IMG/VR virus record: IMGVR_UViG_3300035183_001042
Origin: an uncultured virus (IMG/VR IMGVR_UViG_3300035183_001042)
Taxonomy: Duplodnaviria > Heunggongvirae > Uroviricota > Caudoviricetes
Direction: 5' to 3' (one strand)
Length of the DNA stretch: 20,000 bases
This document shows, piece after piece, positions 8,559-18,046 of this stretch. The notes beneath the pieces were generated by a model, which saw nothing but the letters and a program-made list of their open reading frames with translations, did not search any database and was not told the DNA's origin. Both the position numbers and the translations under genes were made by a program. Every line of letters starts with the position of its first letter. The stretch's first letter is position 1.

Positions 8559-8943
8559 TCAATTCTCGAGGCGTTCCGGCTCGTCGGCATCGTAGCCGAT
8601 CCAGCGAACAACGACCCCACCTTCTCTCTCGAGCTCGGCGACCACCTTCGGATGATTGTAGACGACTCTGTCGATTGGTTTCTGCTTCCACTTCGAGGTG
8701 CAGCCACTGTACCCGTATGCCTTTGACGGAAGCTATTTACGGGTGACACAAGCCTCTTCGAGAGAAATCCACTCTGTTCGCGGAGACACCTTCTCGAGCC
8801 ATGCCTTGACCTCTTGGATGCTCTCGTAGGTGTGAGGGAACTCCGCTCCGGTGTCGGCGAAGACGACGATGTCTGGCGCTCGCTGCTCCTTCACCGCCCG
8901 CAGGAGCAGCGCCGCCACTGTAGCTCTGAAACACCACTGTCAT
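8559..8943 (-). pseudogene. phosphoadenosine-phosphosulfate (PAPS) reductase / adenine nucleotide alpha-hydrolase family remnant
   Basis: MTVVFQSYSGG [frameshift; PP-loop xDS lost] AALL...VVFADTGAEFPHTY...SLEEACVTRK*LPSKAYGYSGCTSKWKQKPI...WIGYDADEPER; TAG at 8733-8735; C-terminus truncated. Confidence 0.85.
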
Positions 8944-9028
8944 GAACATCTCCTTCGCGTTGGACAATACAGCACGGTGATCCAAGAGGCCGAACAAGAA
9001 CAGCACGCGTCGGTCAAATTTCGAGACA

Positions 9029-9211
9029 TCACTTTCCGTCGAGTAGACGCGCAGCGAACGCTGCCGCCTTGGCTCCTCGTCCGATCCACCGTTGAACTCT
9101 CCGAGGCGACTTTCGGTAGACTTCGAGGACGGTCTTGGCTGCGATAGACTTCGCGAACGCGGCTGCTACGTGCAGGGCGAGCAGCGGCAAATTCTCTTCT
9201 TTCTTGGGCAT
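9029..9211 (-). CDS. small basic helical protein
   Basis: MPKKEENLPLLALHVAAAFAKSIAAKTVLEVYRK...LLDGK; the start is uncertain. Confidence 0.45.
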   Translation of the reverse strand: MPKKEENLPLLALHVAAAFAKSIAAKTVLEVYRKSPRRVQRWIGRGAKAAAFAARLLDGK

Positions 9212-9412
9212 AGCCCAAGAATCATAGCACCGGGAAGTGCTTCTTCGCGACGTTCTGGGCGCGCGCATCGATATCGCTGAATCTCTTCTTGTCTGTCTGA
9301 AGGAGTCGCTCGATGAGAGAAGATGCTGCAGAAGGTCTTCTCCACGAGCTTTGATCTCTGCTCTGTCTGTCCTTGTTATTTGGCCCTGGATACGCGCGAC
9401 GTGCTTCGGTGC

Positions 9413-10219
9413 TCACGGACGATGCTTGGATCTGGATGGATAGTCCATGTTCCACACTTCGCAGACCGCAGATGCCATGGCTCGAACTCCGTCGTTGAAC
9501 GAGACGTCGAGGCGGTGGTGGTCTCTGGATGCCATCGACCTGTGCCATCCGTCGGTGATTCTCCATCGGATCCATCGAACGGCTGCGGCCTCCATCGAGA
9601 GCGTGATGGGAGAGACCCAGTTTTCGCTACCGTTGAGTGCCATTCTCAGCCGACTGACGAGCTTGAGCAGATGGGTTCCACGCTGTCCCATTTCGCATTG
9701 GGAGAGAAGGTGTTCGTCTCCTTCTTGGTGGTTGGTCTCGGCGCGGAGAGGATCGATTTGGAATCCAGCCTCAGTGATGCTTCCTCGGTCTTCGATACGC
9801 CCGAAGACATCCTGCCATGGGCAGACGAAAGTTAGAGATCCTTGACGAATGATTTTGACCTTGCTGAGCGCGGTGTGCGCGGCCGACATGGTGAACTTTT
9901 TGTTCAGCTCGGGGCTGTACAGCCGCAGGATGTTCTCTTGCCTCTCAGCAGAGAAGTGGATCGGCTCGTCGATGAGCATGAGCAGGCGAACCTCGCCATG
10001 GTTGTCAGGCTTTGGCCTCACGGTGTCCGCATGCGACGTCTCAGAGAACGTCGCCCACCACATGGTCTCGATCGATGATTGGAGGGCCTCGCTCGCCCTG
10101 CACAGAGATTGAGCCGCGAACTTGCTCAGCCTCGAGTTGGTCTCTTCTGTGATCCGCGTCTGAATCCGCTTCGTCTTTCGGTCGCTCTCTGGGGTCGTCT
10201 TACCGCTTCTGCTGCTCAT
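9413..10219 (-). CDS. hypothetical protein with N-terminal ribbon-helix-helix-like DNA-binding domain
   Basis: AAGGAG RBS; KTKRIQTRITEETNSRLSKFAAQSLCRASEALQSSIE fits the RHH strand-helix-helix pattern. Confidence 0.7.
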   Translation of the reverse strand: MSSRSGKTTPESDRKTKRIQTRITEETNSRLSKFAAQSLCRASEALQSSIETMWWATFSETSHADTVRPKPDNHGEVRLLMLIDEPIHFSAERQENILRLYSPELNKKFTMSAAHTALSKVKIIRQGSLTFVCPWQDVFGRIEDRGSITEAGFQIDPLRAETNHQEGDEHLLSQCEMGQRGTHLLKLVSRLRMALNGSENWVSPITLSMEAAAVRWIRWRITDGWHRSMASRDHHRLDVSFNDGVRAMASAVCEVWNMDYPSRSKHRP

Positions 10220-10238
10220 GTGTCTTATCTCCTTCTCG

Positions 10239-10440
10239 TCATGGGCACTCCATGAGATCCATCGAGTCAGAACGCTCGACTTGCTTACCCATCAGCGCCG
10301 CGTACTCATTCGTGACGAATGAACTTTCGATCGACTCTTTGATCAGGTCAGACCGGAGCCTCCTACGCATTCTTGATGCTTAATCGTCATAATTCAAGGC
10401 TACTTCAGACCGTATACCAGCGCAAGTAAAAAGAGAACCA
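10239..10440 (-). pseudogene. possible small RHH-type regulator interrupted by TAA (10380-10382)
   Basis: ...AGIRSEVALNYDD*ASRMRRRLRSDLIKESIESSF... resembles CopG-type 'LDxLA....RSDLIREAI'; the start is not defined. Confidence 0.35.
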
Positions 10441-10908
10441 ACAAAAACACCAGGCGTTTCAGTAATGTAACCTACTGTCGTCGGCGTTGCTGGTTCTCGC
10501 TTGATTGTCTTTGCTCCCCTGAAGGTTCGGTGCAATGGCTTGGCGGTCACCAAACAAGATGGCACTCATGGACAGCGCTGACATTCCGAAGGTTTCTGTT
10601 GCGAAGATCCCGGCCGAGGCGGACGGACCCGACCAGTCCATGCTTCGTTTGATTGATCTGGTCAGATACAAGAACGATCCGGTGGCAGGACTCTTCGCTG
10701 GCTCGAACGGCCGACATCCGATCGTCTGGCGGTGGCGTCTGCGGTGCAGCGCAGTGATGCGAGCATCGTGTCGCACAAGACAGAAGCCCACACGCGCTCG
10801 CCGACCTTGCGCCTTCCCCCCACGGCATCTGCTTCGACATGGGGGCAGGTGGGGAGGGAGAGAGGCTACCGCCTTGAAGGCGACCATGGAAGATGGTTGT
10901 GATACACA

Positions 10909-12453
10909 GTGGTAGCCATGCCGATCAACAACAACAGACCTCCTCAGGCCGACAAGGTCAAAGCGATTCAGCGGCAATTCTACGGTGACTTGCCTCCTGC
11001 AAACCCAACTGAGGCGTTCGTTCTTGCCTGGGTCGAACAGCCACAGGGTCCGCATCCGGCTGGTCTGTATATGACGATCGTGACTACGCCGGGCGGTGCG
11101 CACCAGTGGGTGTGGATTGGTCCAGGCGGCGGTGGTCCAGGCCAGCAACTGCCAGATCTTCGATTCGTCGTGGCAAGGACTGGATACGGCGGTGGCACGC
11201 TCGGAGACATTGCTCCTGGTACGACGTACACCGATCCGGACCCGGCTGTGGCTTTCAACGCGGCGCTCGGCGCAGCGACGGTCTACCAAGCTGCGCTTCA
11301 GGCTTTGCCGGCATTCGCCGGACAAGAAGCGAAGTGCACGGTGATGCTTCATCCGGATCACTACGAAGGCCAGTTCGTGATCCCGTCGAGCGTGACCGTG
11401 GTGGGTCTTGGCGCGAATCCTTCCGATACGATCGTCGATAAACTGCTCTTCGCATTGGGCAACAACGTTTCCTCCGGCGCGAGGAATCTGTACCTCGCCG
11501 GCAGTGGCGCCCCGTCGCTGGCGATCGAAGTAGCGCCAGCTCCTGGGACGATCAGACTGCGGTTCGAACGAGTGGAGAGCGATCCGAACGCAGGCGTTGT
11601 CTTAACGCACGACGGATCAACGGAGTTCATCGAGTGCAAACTCGGAAGCACGACGGCGACATGCTTTTTGTCGTCTGATCTACTGTCTATTCGTACATCG
11701 TACACGAGATTGTCTACGGACAGAGTGAATCTGTCGTCGATGGAAGATCGTTTCATCGGGATCCCAGACGGTAATCCAGACCTCGTGATCAAGCTCGGCG
11801 ACTCTGTGATTCGAGACGCGCTGTTCGGGGATGTGCCGCCAGCGCCTCCCAAGCCGCTCTATGTTCGACTCGCTGGTGGTGCCAGTGTCTCGATGCTCAA
11901 CTGCTCGTTCCTGCAGCAGTCGACAGTGGGAGGATCTCTGATCGACGGGACGATCGGAGATCCGATTTCGACATTGTATGTGCGCGGGATCCTCTGTGCT
12001 GGACAGCACGATCTGTACGGTCCGCCATCAAGGCTGAGTATCTCACCTTTTGGAAACCACGAAGCCTCGCTGACTGAATCGCTCTCGGTTGTTGTGAACG
12101 CGCCAGGATTTTCCACGGCTCCAGTCTCAGGCGGTACTCCAGATATGATTGAAGTCAGCACGGTGTACGCGGTGCCTGTGTCGTCCGTGACCTACGTACT
12201 TCTCCCTCTTCCTGATGCGAATCGTCTGGCCCCTGGAAGGGACATTCTCGTGAAGAACACTTCGTCTCCGACCGATCCGACCGCAGGTCCGATCGCCCTT
12301 GTGACGACGCCTGGGCAGACCATCGACGGCTTGCCGAGTTCTCCGGTGCCAGCCAGCGTGACGAGCGCGACGCATGTAATCGTCGCTCCGGGGTCGCAAG
12401 TAACGGTTCGAGTCTCGCCTTCCAGAAATGGCTATCAGATCCGCGGTATCTGA
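10909..12453 (+). CDS. virion fibre/spike-like protein A (beta-helix entry motif plus C-terminal fibre-type beta domain)
   Basis: 514 aa, G/P/T/V-rich; TVMLHPDHYEGQFVIPSSVTVVGLGANPSDTIV (pectin-lyase-like start); C-terminal LPLPDA....GRDILVKNT...QTIDG...VAPGSQVTV. Confidence 0.7.
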   Translation: MVAMPINNNRPPQADKVKAIQRQFYGDLPPANPTEAFVLAWVEQPQGPHPAGLYMTIVTTPGGAHQWVWIGPGGGGPGQQLPDLRFVVARTGYGGGTLGDIAPGTTYTDPDPAVAFNAALGAATVYQAALQALPAFAGQEAKCTVMLHPDHYEGQFVIPSSVTVVGLGANPSDTIVDKLLFALGNNVSSGARNLYLAGSGAPSLAIEVAPAPGTIRLRFERVESDPNAGVVLTHDGSTEFIECKLGSTTATCFLSSDLLSIRTSYTRLSTDRVNLSSMEDRFIGIPDGNPDLVIKLGDSVIRDALFGDVPPAPPKPLYVRLAGGASVSMLNCSFLQQSTVGGSLIDGTIGDPISTLYVRGILCAGQHDLYGPPSRLSISPFGNHEASLTESLSVVVNAPGFSTAPVSGGTPDMIEVSTVYAVPVSSVTYVLLPLPDANRLAPGRDILVKNTSSPTDPTAGPIALVTTPGQTIDGLPSSPVPASVTSATHVIVAPGSQVTVRVSPSRNGYQIRGI

Positions 12454-12587
12454 GACTTTACTCATCGGTTGGGTCGTTTACAATCTTCACGACACTGAAG
12501 TCGGTGTTGGCGGATCTACATCATGGGTACGGCGCCTGACTTCTTGCTCTATTCTTTCATAACATTCTTCCCTTCAGGAGAGACTAG

Positions 12588-14303
12588 ATGGCAATCGTGC
12601 TTACTGACCAGAAGCTCCGCCAGATCACTGTCAACAACATCCTCGACGTGACTGGACCGAACAACGTGCCGCCATCCTCGTACGAGATCGGATGGCGTGC
12701 ACACGTCAAGACCGCGACGGTCGACAATGACCGCTACTTCACTGTGGTCATCGACAACACGACGAACGAGCACAAGTGGCTCGAACTCGTGACGAGCGCC
12801 TCTGCGTCATCGTTTCGCAAGCCTGACCAGCGCTTCACGGTGGGCCTCGCGGCGTACGACCTGCTTGAGCCTGGAACGGCGTCGTTCACGACGATTGCCG
12901 CTGGCATCACCGAGGCGGCGAACCCGGCAACGCCTGGAGTGACGCTAGGAGCAGCTTCGGCGATCTCGCGCCGCATGGTCGAGGTTGAGCCAGGTGAGTA
13001 CGCGGAGAACTTGACGCTGCAGTCGTTCGTTGGTCTTCGCGGCATGGGAGCCTCTCCGACGGAGACGGTCATCGTGCCTTCCGCAGGCACTGCGGTGGCG
13101 ATCAATGCCAACGCGGTCGATCAGGACTTCGTGATCGAGAACCTGACCATCGCCGGAGCGATCGACATCAACATCGCCGCGACCGCTCTCGGCGGAGGCG
13201 TGATCGTCCTTCGTGACGTGGTGTTCGACAACACGCGCGCGGTCCCTGCGTCGATCAACATAACGAGCAAGTCGCTGACGCCTCCGCAGATCGTGCTCGA
13301 GCGCTGCTGCGGGACGCTGTCAGCGTTTGCGGCAGCGAACACAGGATCGGTCTCGATTCGAATCACTGGGCGTCACGCGCCGGCGCAGTCTCCGGACAAC
13401 GGCGCAAACAACGGGCAGTTGCTCGTGCAGGCGCCGATCACGCTCGACTGCGCGGTGACCAACGAACTGTACATCGGGGACAACGCGATCGTGCGACGAA
13501 GCAGCGCCGGCGATTTGATCTCGGCCGTTCCGGCGAGCAACGGATCGTTCATCATCACACTCGACGACTCCTACCTCCATTGCGGCTCGAATGATTCGCT
13601 GGTGGTCTGTGGCAACACGGGGAACGGATTCGTGAGTATCTCGGGCGTGCATCTAGATGGCCAGCTGGAAACGCTGGTGACCGACAACGCGGTCTCGGGC
13701 AACGTCGTGGTAAACATCGAGAAGTGGCCGTTCTTGACCACTTCGCCGATGCCAGCAACTTCGCGTGCCTTCAGCGGCATCACGGGTGGTTCCCAGTCGA
13801 ACGCCTACTCTGGCAACGCGCTGCTCGCGAAGCACAACTACGGCACCTTCGTGGTCCCTGCGCCTGGACCCATTTGGAATGGGTTCTACGCGACGAACCT
13901 GCCGAACAGCCTCAATGGCTCGCCGTTCGACTTCACCAAGGACCTGCACACAGTGAACCCGGACTACGGCCCGGTCCTCAATATCGACCCTGACTCTGGC
14001 AACTCGACATTCCGCTACGCTCTCTTCCAGCTTCCGGAGCCGGAGGATCTCGAGGACGGCCGCAAGTACACGATCAAGAACACAGGCGATCCCTCGTCGG
14101 TGGCTCCGAACATCAGCGGGCCGATCGCGATCACGCTCCCAGCGGGCGGAACCTCGCGCATCGAGCACCTGAATTCGCGTCTCGCGGCGAACACGATCAT
14201 CACGTCGCAGAACTACTTCATCCTCGCGCCTGGTGACTCGGTGACGCTTGTCGTGGACCGCACGACGGATCCGACGACGCCGCAGTACCGCGTCGTCACC
14301 TGA
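12588..14303 (+). CDS. virion fibre/spike-like protein B, paralog of A
   Basis: 571 aa with AGGAG RBS; FTTIAAGI...VEVEPGEYAENLTLQSFVGLRGMGASPTETVI; C-terminal FQLPEP....GRKYTIKNT...ILAPGDSVTL. Confidence 0.75.
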   Translation: MAIVLTDQKLRQITVNNILDVTGPNNVPPSSYEIGWRAHVKTATVDNDRYFTVVIDNTTNEHKWLELVTSASASSFRKPDQRFTVGLAAYDLLEPGTASFTTIAAGITEAANPATPGVTLGAASAISRRMVEVEPGEYAENLTLQSFVGLRGMGASPTETVIVPSAGTAVAINANAVDQDFVIENLTIAGAIDINIAATALGGGVIVLRDVVFDNTRAVPASINITSKSLTPPQIVLERCCGTLSAFAAANTGSVSIRITGRHAPAQSPDNGANNGQLLVQAPITLDCAVTNELYIGDNAIVRRSSAGDLISAVPASNGSFIITLDDSYLHCGSNDSLVVCGNTGNGFVSISGVHLDGQLETLVTDNAVSGNVVVNIEKWPFLTTSPMPATSRAFSGITGGSQSNAYSGNALLAKHNYGTFVVPAPGPIWNGFYATNLPNSLNGSPFDFTKDLHTVNPDYGPVLNIDPDSGNSTFRYALFQLPEPEDLEDGRKYTIKNTGDPSSVAPNISGPIAITLPAGGTSRIEHLNSRLAANTIITSQNYFILAPGDSVTLVVDRTTDPTTPQYRVVT

Positions 14304-14384
14304 CCGAAGATCTGAAAAGCCTCTCACTCGGCCGTCAGGCCATGGAGAGGAGTTGTCGCCGACGGGACCATGGTGGGGCGTAAC

Positions 14385-14417
14385 AAAGCCTTGAATGGTT
14401 ACCACTTCAAGGCTTTT
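14385..14417 (+). terminator. intrinsic terminator-like hairpin, possibly bidirectional
   Basis: AAAGCCTTGAA (14385-14395) and TTCAAGGCTTT (14406-14416) form a perfect 11-bp inverted repeat ending in a T run, about 80 nt after the fibre gene B stop. Confidence 0.7.
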
Positions 14418-14462
14418 GTCGTTCTTTGGCCCCTTGAGCCGTCCCAGTGCAACCTGCGCAAT

Positions 14463-14858
14463 ATGGAACCGATGCGCTGGCTGAAGAAGGACGAACTTCA
14501 AGAGATGGTGACAGTTCTCCGGAAGCACGTCCCGCAGGGAGCAGTAACGGCCAAGCAAGCGCTGAAGATGATGACCGCCGCGTGTGGCGTGACCGACAGC
14601 GGTGGTTATCCGTCAGCGCTTTGGAAGCTTCAGGCCAACATTGTAGAGAACAGGCTGAAGAACCTGGAGAACTATGGTGGTGAGTCGGCTGAGTTTGAGT
14701 TGGCTCTCGTGGTTATCCACGGAGCGATGCGCGTATGGATCGCTCAACTGACAAGAGAAGAACTCGACGAGATCGGCGCCGAAGAATTTCTTCGCGATGC
14801 TCGCGCGGCATTCGATCGGCTGAGGGCCATCATGGACGTGGCATCATTCGCTTCATAA
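14463..14858 (+). CDS. hypothetical all-helical protein
   Basis: Part of ORF 14370-14858; the start is placed after the hairpin (MEPMRWLKKDELQEM...). Confidence 0.7.
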   Translation: MEPMRWLKKDELQEMVTVLRKHVPQGAVTAKQALKMMTAACGVTDSGGYPSALWKLQANIVENRLKNLENYGGESAEFELALVVIHGAMRVWIAQLTREELDEIGAEEFLRDARAAFDRLRAIMDVASFAS

Positions 14859-15113
14859 CGATGCGATGGTTCCATCGTCTTTTCTCTATCCGATCAAGTA
14901 CAACGTTTATCCAGTGAGGCTTTTCATGGCCAGATGTGCTCGTAGAATCGTCTGGCGCCAAGGCAAGCTCGCTATGTAGACGATCGACAGATACGTGCAG
15001 ATCCGAGATGTGATGGAGCATCTTCGGTTCTTGCTTGCGAGCTCTGGCTTCGCCACGCATCGGCCGGAACATACGAGCTCGTGTTCAAGAAAAGCCTGAG
15101 CCTTGGGTGCAGA

Positions 15114-16556
15114 TCACTCCCAATAGCCGTTGAACATGATGCCGTGCATGATGACGCCGCCCGTCCCAACTGTTCCGACCACGCGCTTGACGGCCTGGAT
15201 GAACTCTCCAGGCTGCACCAGGATTGGTGTTTGGAACGTGAACTCGATGTTGTCGAGCACGGTTCCAGCCGCAGCCGATGCTGGGGCTCCTTGCATGCCG
15301 ACGAAGACGCGCCTTGGGGCCTTCGAGGTCGCAGTCTCCGGAGTAGCAAGAGACACCGCAGTGTGTCCGAAGCAGATGGTCCAGAATGCGATGTTCGGGC
15401 CTCCGCTAAGCGCCGTCGTGACGGCTGAGCGAATCTTCACGCCCGTGATGTACAGGCTCTTGTTTGGCTGGTTCGCGGCGTACGCCGGGACTTGGTAGCT
15501 TGAGATGATTCCATCGGTATTCAGCGCGAGCGTGTTCGTCTCGAAGAACCATCCTCCAAGCCCGGTCCCTAGCGCTGCGGTCGTGTTCGTAGGCACCGCA
15601 CCAGCAGGGAGCGCCCCGCCAGTCGCGTTGACCAAGTTCGACGTCGATCCGATCGTGGCCTGCGTCTGTCCTTGGTAGCTGCCTCCTCCGTATCCGGCCA
15701 TGATGTGTTCATGAGCCTTTGTCCCGTGGTACTCGCCAAGCGAGACGCTCACAGCTCCAACACGCATCTGCTGCGGTGTTACTGGAGCGATCGCCTCGTT
15801 GTACTCCCGGAATGTCACAGGGAGAGCGGGCGAAGATGACATGGACCCTGACGCGGCAGGAAGCGGAAACGATGCAACGAGGACATCGTCGATCCAGAAC
15901 GTCGCACTAGAATTGTGAATCCCGATCAAGAATTTTCGAGTCGTAGACACGCCTACCAACGCGTTGAAGTTGATCGCTGGACTGGCTGTCTCCACGCCTC
16001 CGATGTTCAGGACGGCGACGAGTTGCCCCGCGCTTGTCAACCTGAAGAGCAGGCCGTCAGTTGGCGGGGCGGTGCCGGTAGCGATGAAGTATCCCCACTC
16101 GCACGTGTTGTTGACGACTGGGGCCGATGAGAACTGGACATTGCACTCGAACCAGAGAGTGAACGATCCCCACACCGGGAACGCTCTCCACGACGAGACG
16201 CGAGAGACCGCTCCCGCCGTGGTGAGGTTGGTGCTGTTCAGGTTCACCAATCCTCCAGCCAGAGCGATGGCGAAAGTCGTCGCTGGCGTCGTCCAGATGG
16301 TGTTGTTCACCGCGTTGGTAGGCCACGACTCACTGAGCATCAGCGTGTCGATGCCTGCGCGCATCCGGTAGTCCGCTGAGACTTCGAACGGAGCTCGATC
16401 TGGCACACCGGTGACAGTGCCATCGTCCCTCTCTCCCAACGCGATGGCGTATCCTGCCTCGTCGGTGTTCTTGGCCAGCGCGACCTTGGCCGCGTTGAAC
16501 GAGTCGATCTCGAGTGGATTCGGCGTTCCTATTCCGCTCTCCAACTGAAATGGCAT
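15114..16556 (-). CDS. virion structural / receptor-binding-like protein C (ConA-lectin-like beta-sandwich)
   Basis: 480 aa with AAGGAG RBS; all-beta, with DGLLFRL...LVAV...FLIGI.....TFWIDDVLVA typical of laminin-G/ConA folds; ends GYWE. Confidence 0.7.
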   Translation of the reverse strand: MPFQLESGIGTPNPLEIDSFNAAKVALAKNTDEAGYAIALGERDDGTVTGVPDRAPFEVSADYRMRAGIDTLMLSESWPTNAVNNTIWTTPATTFAIALAGGLVNLNSTNLTTAGAVSRVSSWRAFPVWGSFTLWFECNVQFSSAPVVNNTCEWGYFIATGTAPPTDGLLFRLTSAGQLVAVLNIGGVETASPAINFNALVGVSTTRKFLIGIHNSSATFWIDDVLVASFPLPAASGSMSSSPALPVTFREYNEAIAPVTPQQMRVGAVSVSLGEYHGTKAHEHIMAGYGGGSYQGQTQATIGSTSNLVNATGGALPAGAVPTNTTAALGTGLGGWFFETNTLALNTDGIISSYQVPAYAANQPNKSLYITGVKIRSAVTTALSGGPNIAFWTICFGHTAVSLATPETATSKAPRRVFVGMQGAPASAAAGTVLDNIEFTFQTPILVQPGEFIQAVKRVVGTVGTGGVIMHGIMFNGYWE

Positions 16557-16598
16557 GAGTCTCTCCTTGTTCCGAGGAAGAATTCAAAAGATGCTACG

Positions 16599-18038
16599 TC
16601 ACTCGAAGTATCCGTCGAAGGCAATGCCGTGCATTGTCGTGCCTCCGCTAGGGGCGGTCCCGGCCTTGCGCTTCACCGTTTGAATGAACTCTCCAGGCTC
16701 AACGATGATCGGCGTGTTGAACTTCGCGTAGACAGATCCAATCTTCGTCGTGGACGCAACTCCGGAAGGAACCCGCATCATTCCAACGAACTGTCTCCTC
16801 GCCGCCCTCGACGTAGCAGATCCTGCTGTGGCCAAAGAAACAGACGTGTGTCCAAAGCAGATCGTCCAGAAAGCAGTGTATCCACCGCCGGTAAACGATG
16901 AGATACAGAACGATTCAATGAGCACTCCGGTGATGTAGAGCGTCTTGTTGGAAGACAAAGCAGCAGACACTGGTACTTGGTAGCTTGAGATGATGCCGTC
17001 GATGTTCGCTGCGAGCGTCTCGTTCTCAAAGAACCATCCGCCCAATCCTGTCCCAAGGGCCGCGGTGGTGTTTGTCGGCACTGCCGCCGCAGGCAAAGCA
17101 CCTCCCGTGGAGTTCGTCAGGTTCGACGTCGACCCGGGAGCCGTAGGAGACTGATTCTGATAGGCGCCACTGCCCATGCCGGCCATGATGTGATCGTGAG
17201 CCTTGGTGCCATGATAGTCTCCAGCGGTGATGTTGATCGCTCCAACACGCATCTGCTGGACGTTGAGCGTCGCCGTCTGGTTGTACTCTCTGACAGAAAA
17301 AGGGAGAGAGTTCTCGATGCAAATCGCAGAGAACTGTGAGGCGAGCTCTATCGAGCCAACAAGGACATCGTCGACCCAGAAGGTCACGTTGCTGCGGTTG
17401 ACCCCAATGATGTAGTTCCTGGTCGTAAGAAACCCAACCTCCGAAGCGAAGTCGACGGGGTCGGTCTCCCTTTCTGCTCCGTCTCGAACAACGACGCCGC
17501 GGAGCCTCCCGTCAGAGCCGAGCCTGAAGAAGCAGCCGTAAGTTGGCTTCGCTGTTCCAGTCGCTGCGAAGAAGCCGAACTCACAAACGTTTCCACGAAC
17601 GGGAACCTGGGAGAACTGCAGGTTGATATCGGCCCAAAGGGTGAACCCTCCCCACATCGGGAAAGCTCTTCTCGTCGAGATCACGATCGACGCTCCGGCC
17701 GCTTGGTTGCTGCCGGAGTTCATGTTGACGATTTGGTTGTCAACGGCCAGCGTCATCGTCGTCGCGTTCGTCACCCATCGAGTCGAGTCGATTGCGGTGC
17801 CAGGAAACTGCTCGTTGAAGAGCAGCATGTCCAATCCAATTCTCAGTCTACCAAGAGGCGACACCTCGAACGCGGCTCTCGAAGGAGATCCGAAGATCGA
17901 GCCATTGTCTCGCTCGCCCAACGTGAGAGCGTACCCGGACTGCGCCTTGCTCTTGGCAAGCGCAGACTTCATCGAGTTGTTCGAGTCGATCTCGAGAAGC
18001 CGAGATGGACCTACTCCGTTGTCGACTTGGAAACCCAC
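16599..18038 (-). CDS. virion structural protein D, tandem paralog of C
   Basis: 479 aa, GAGG RBS and GTG start; colinear with C (GERD.G, TFW.DDVLV, QQMRVGA, YHGTKAH.HIMAG, VPTNTTAALGTGLGGWFFE, PGEFIQ.VKR, GY.E). Confidence 0.75.
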   Translation of the reverse strand: MGFQVDNGVGPSRLLEIDSNNSMKSALAKSKAQSGYALTLGERDNGSIFGSPSRAAFEVSPLGRLRIGLDMLLFNEQFPGTAIDSTRWVTNATTMTLAVDNQIVNMNSGSNQAAGASIVISTRRAFPMWGGFTLWADINLQFSQVPVRGNVCEFGFFAATGTAKPTYGCFFRLGSDGRLRGVVVRDGAERETDPVDFASEVGFLTTRNYIIGVNRSNVTFWVDDVLVGSIELASQFSAICIENSLPFSVREYNQTATLNVQQMRVGAINITAGDYHGTKAHDHIMAGMGSGAYQNQSPTAPGSTSNLTNSTGGALPAAAVPTNTTAALGTGLGGWFFENETLAANIDGIISSYQVPVSAALSSNKTLYITGVLIESFCISSFTGGGYTAFWTICFGHTSVSLATAGSATSRAARRQFVGMMRVPSGVASTTKIGSVYAKFNTPIIVEPGEFIQTVKRKAGTAPSGGTTMHGIAFDGYFE

Positions 18039-18046
18039 GTCCTACC

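Noticed and set aside
9029..10219. TGA readthrough at 9413 fusing the 268 aa ORF to the in-frame 9029 ORF
   Set aside because: The linker reads as Arg/Ser-rich, non-coding-like sequence, and a GTGA-coupled alternative small ORF (9416-9222) explains the space equally well.
10535..10915. 126 aa ORF upstream of fibre gene A
   Set aside because: The N-terminal half looks protein-like but the rest is Arg/Cys-rich and may be frameshifted; I cannot support a call.
910..14558. Long shadow ORFs (910-1749, 7864-8691, 10459-11361, 13653-14558, all minus strand)
   Set aside because: They are antisense or off-frame to better-supported genes, Arg-rich, and expected in high-GC DNA.
15114..18038. Diversity-generating retroelement TR/VR pair
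   Set aside because: Similarity spans whole genes, differences are not adenine-specific, and no reverse transcriptase is in the window.
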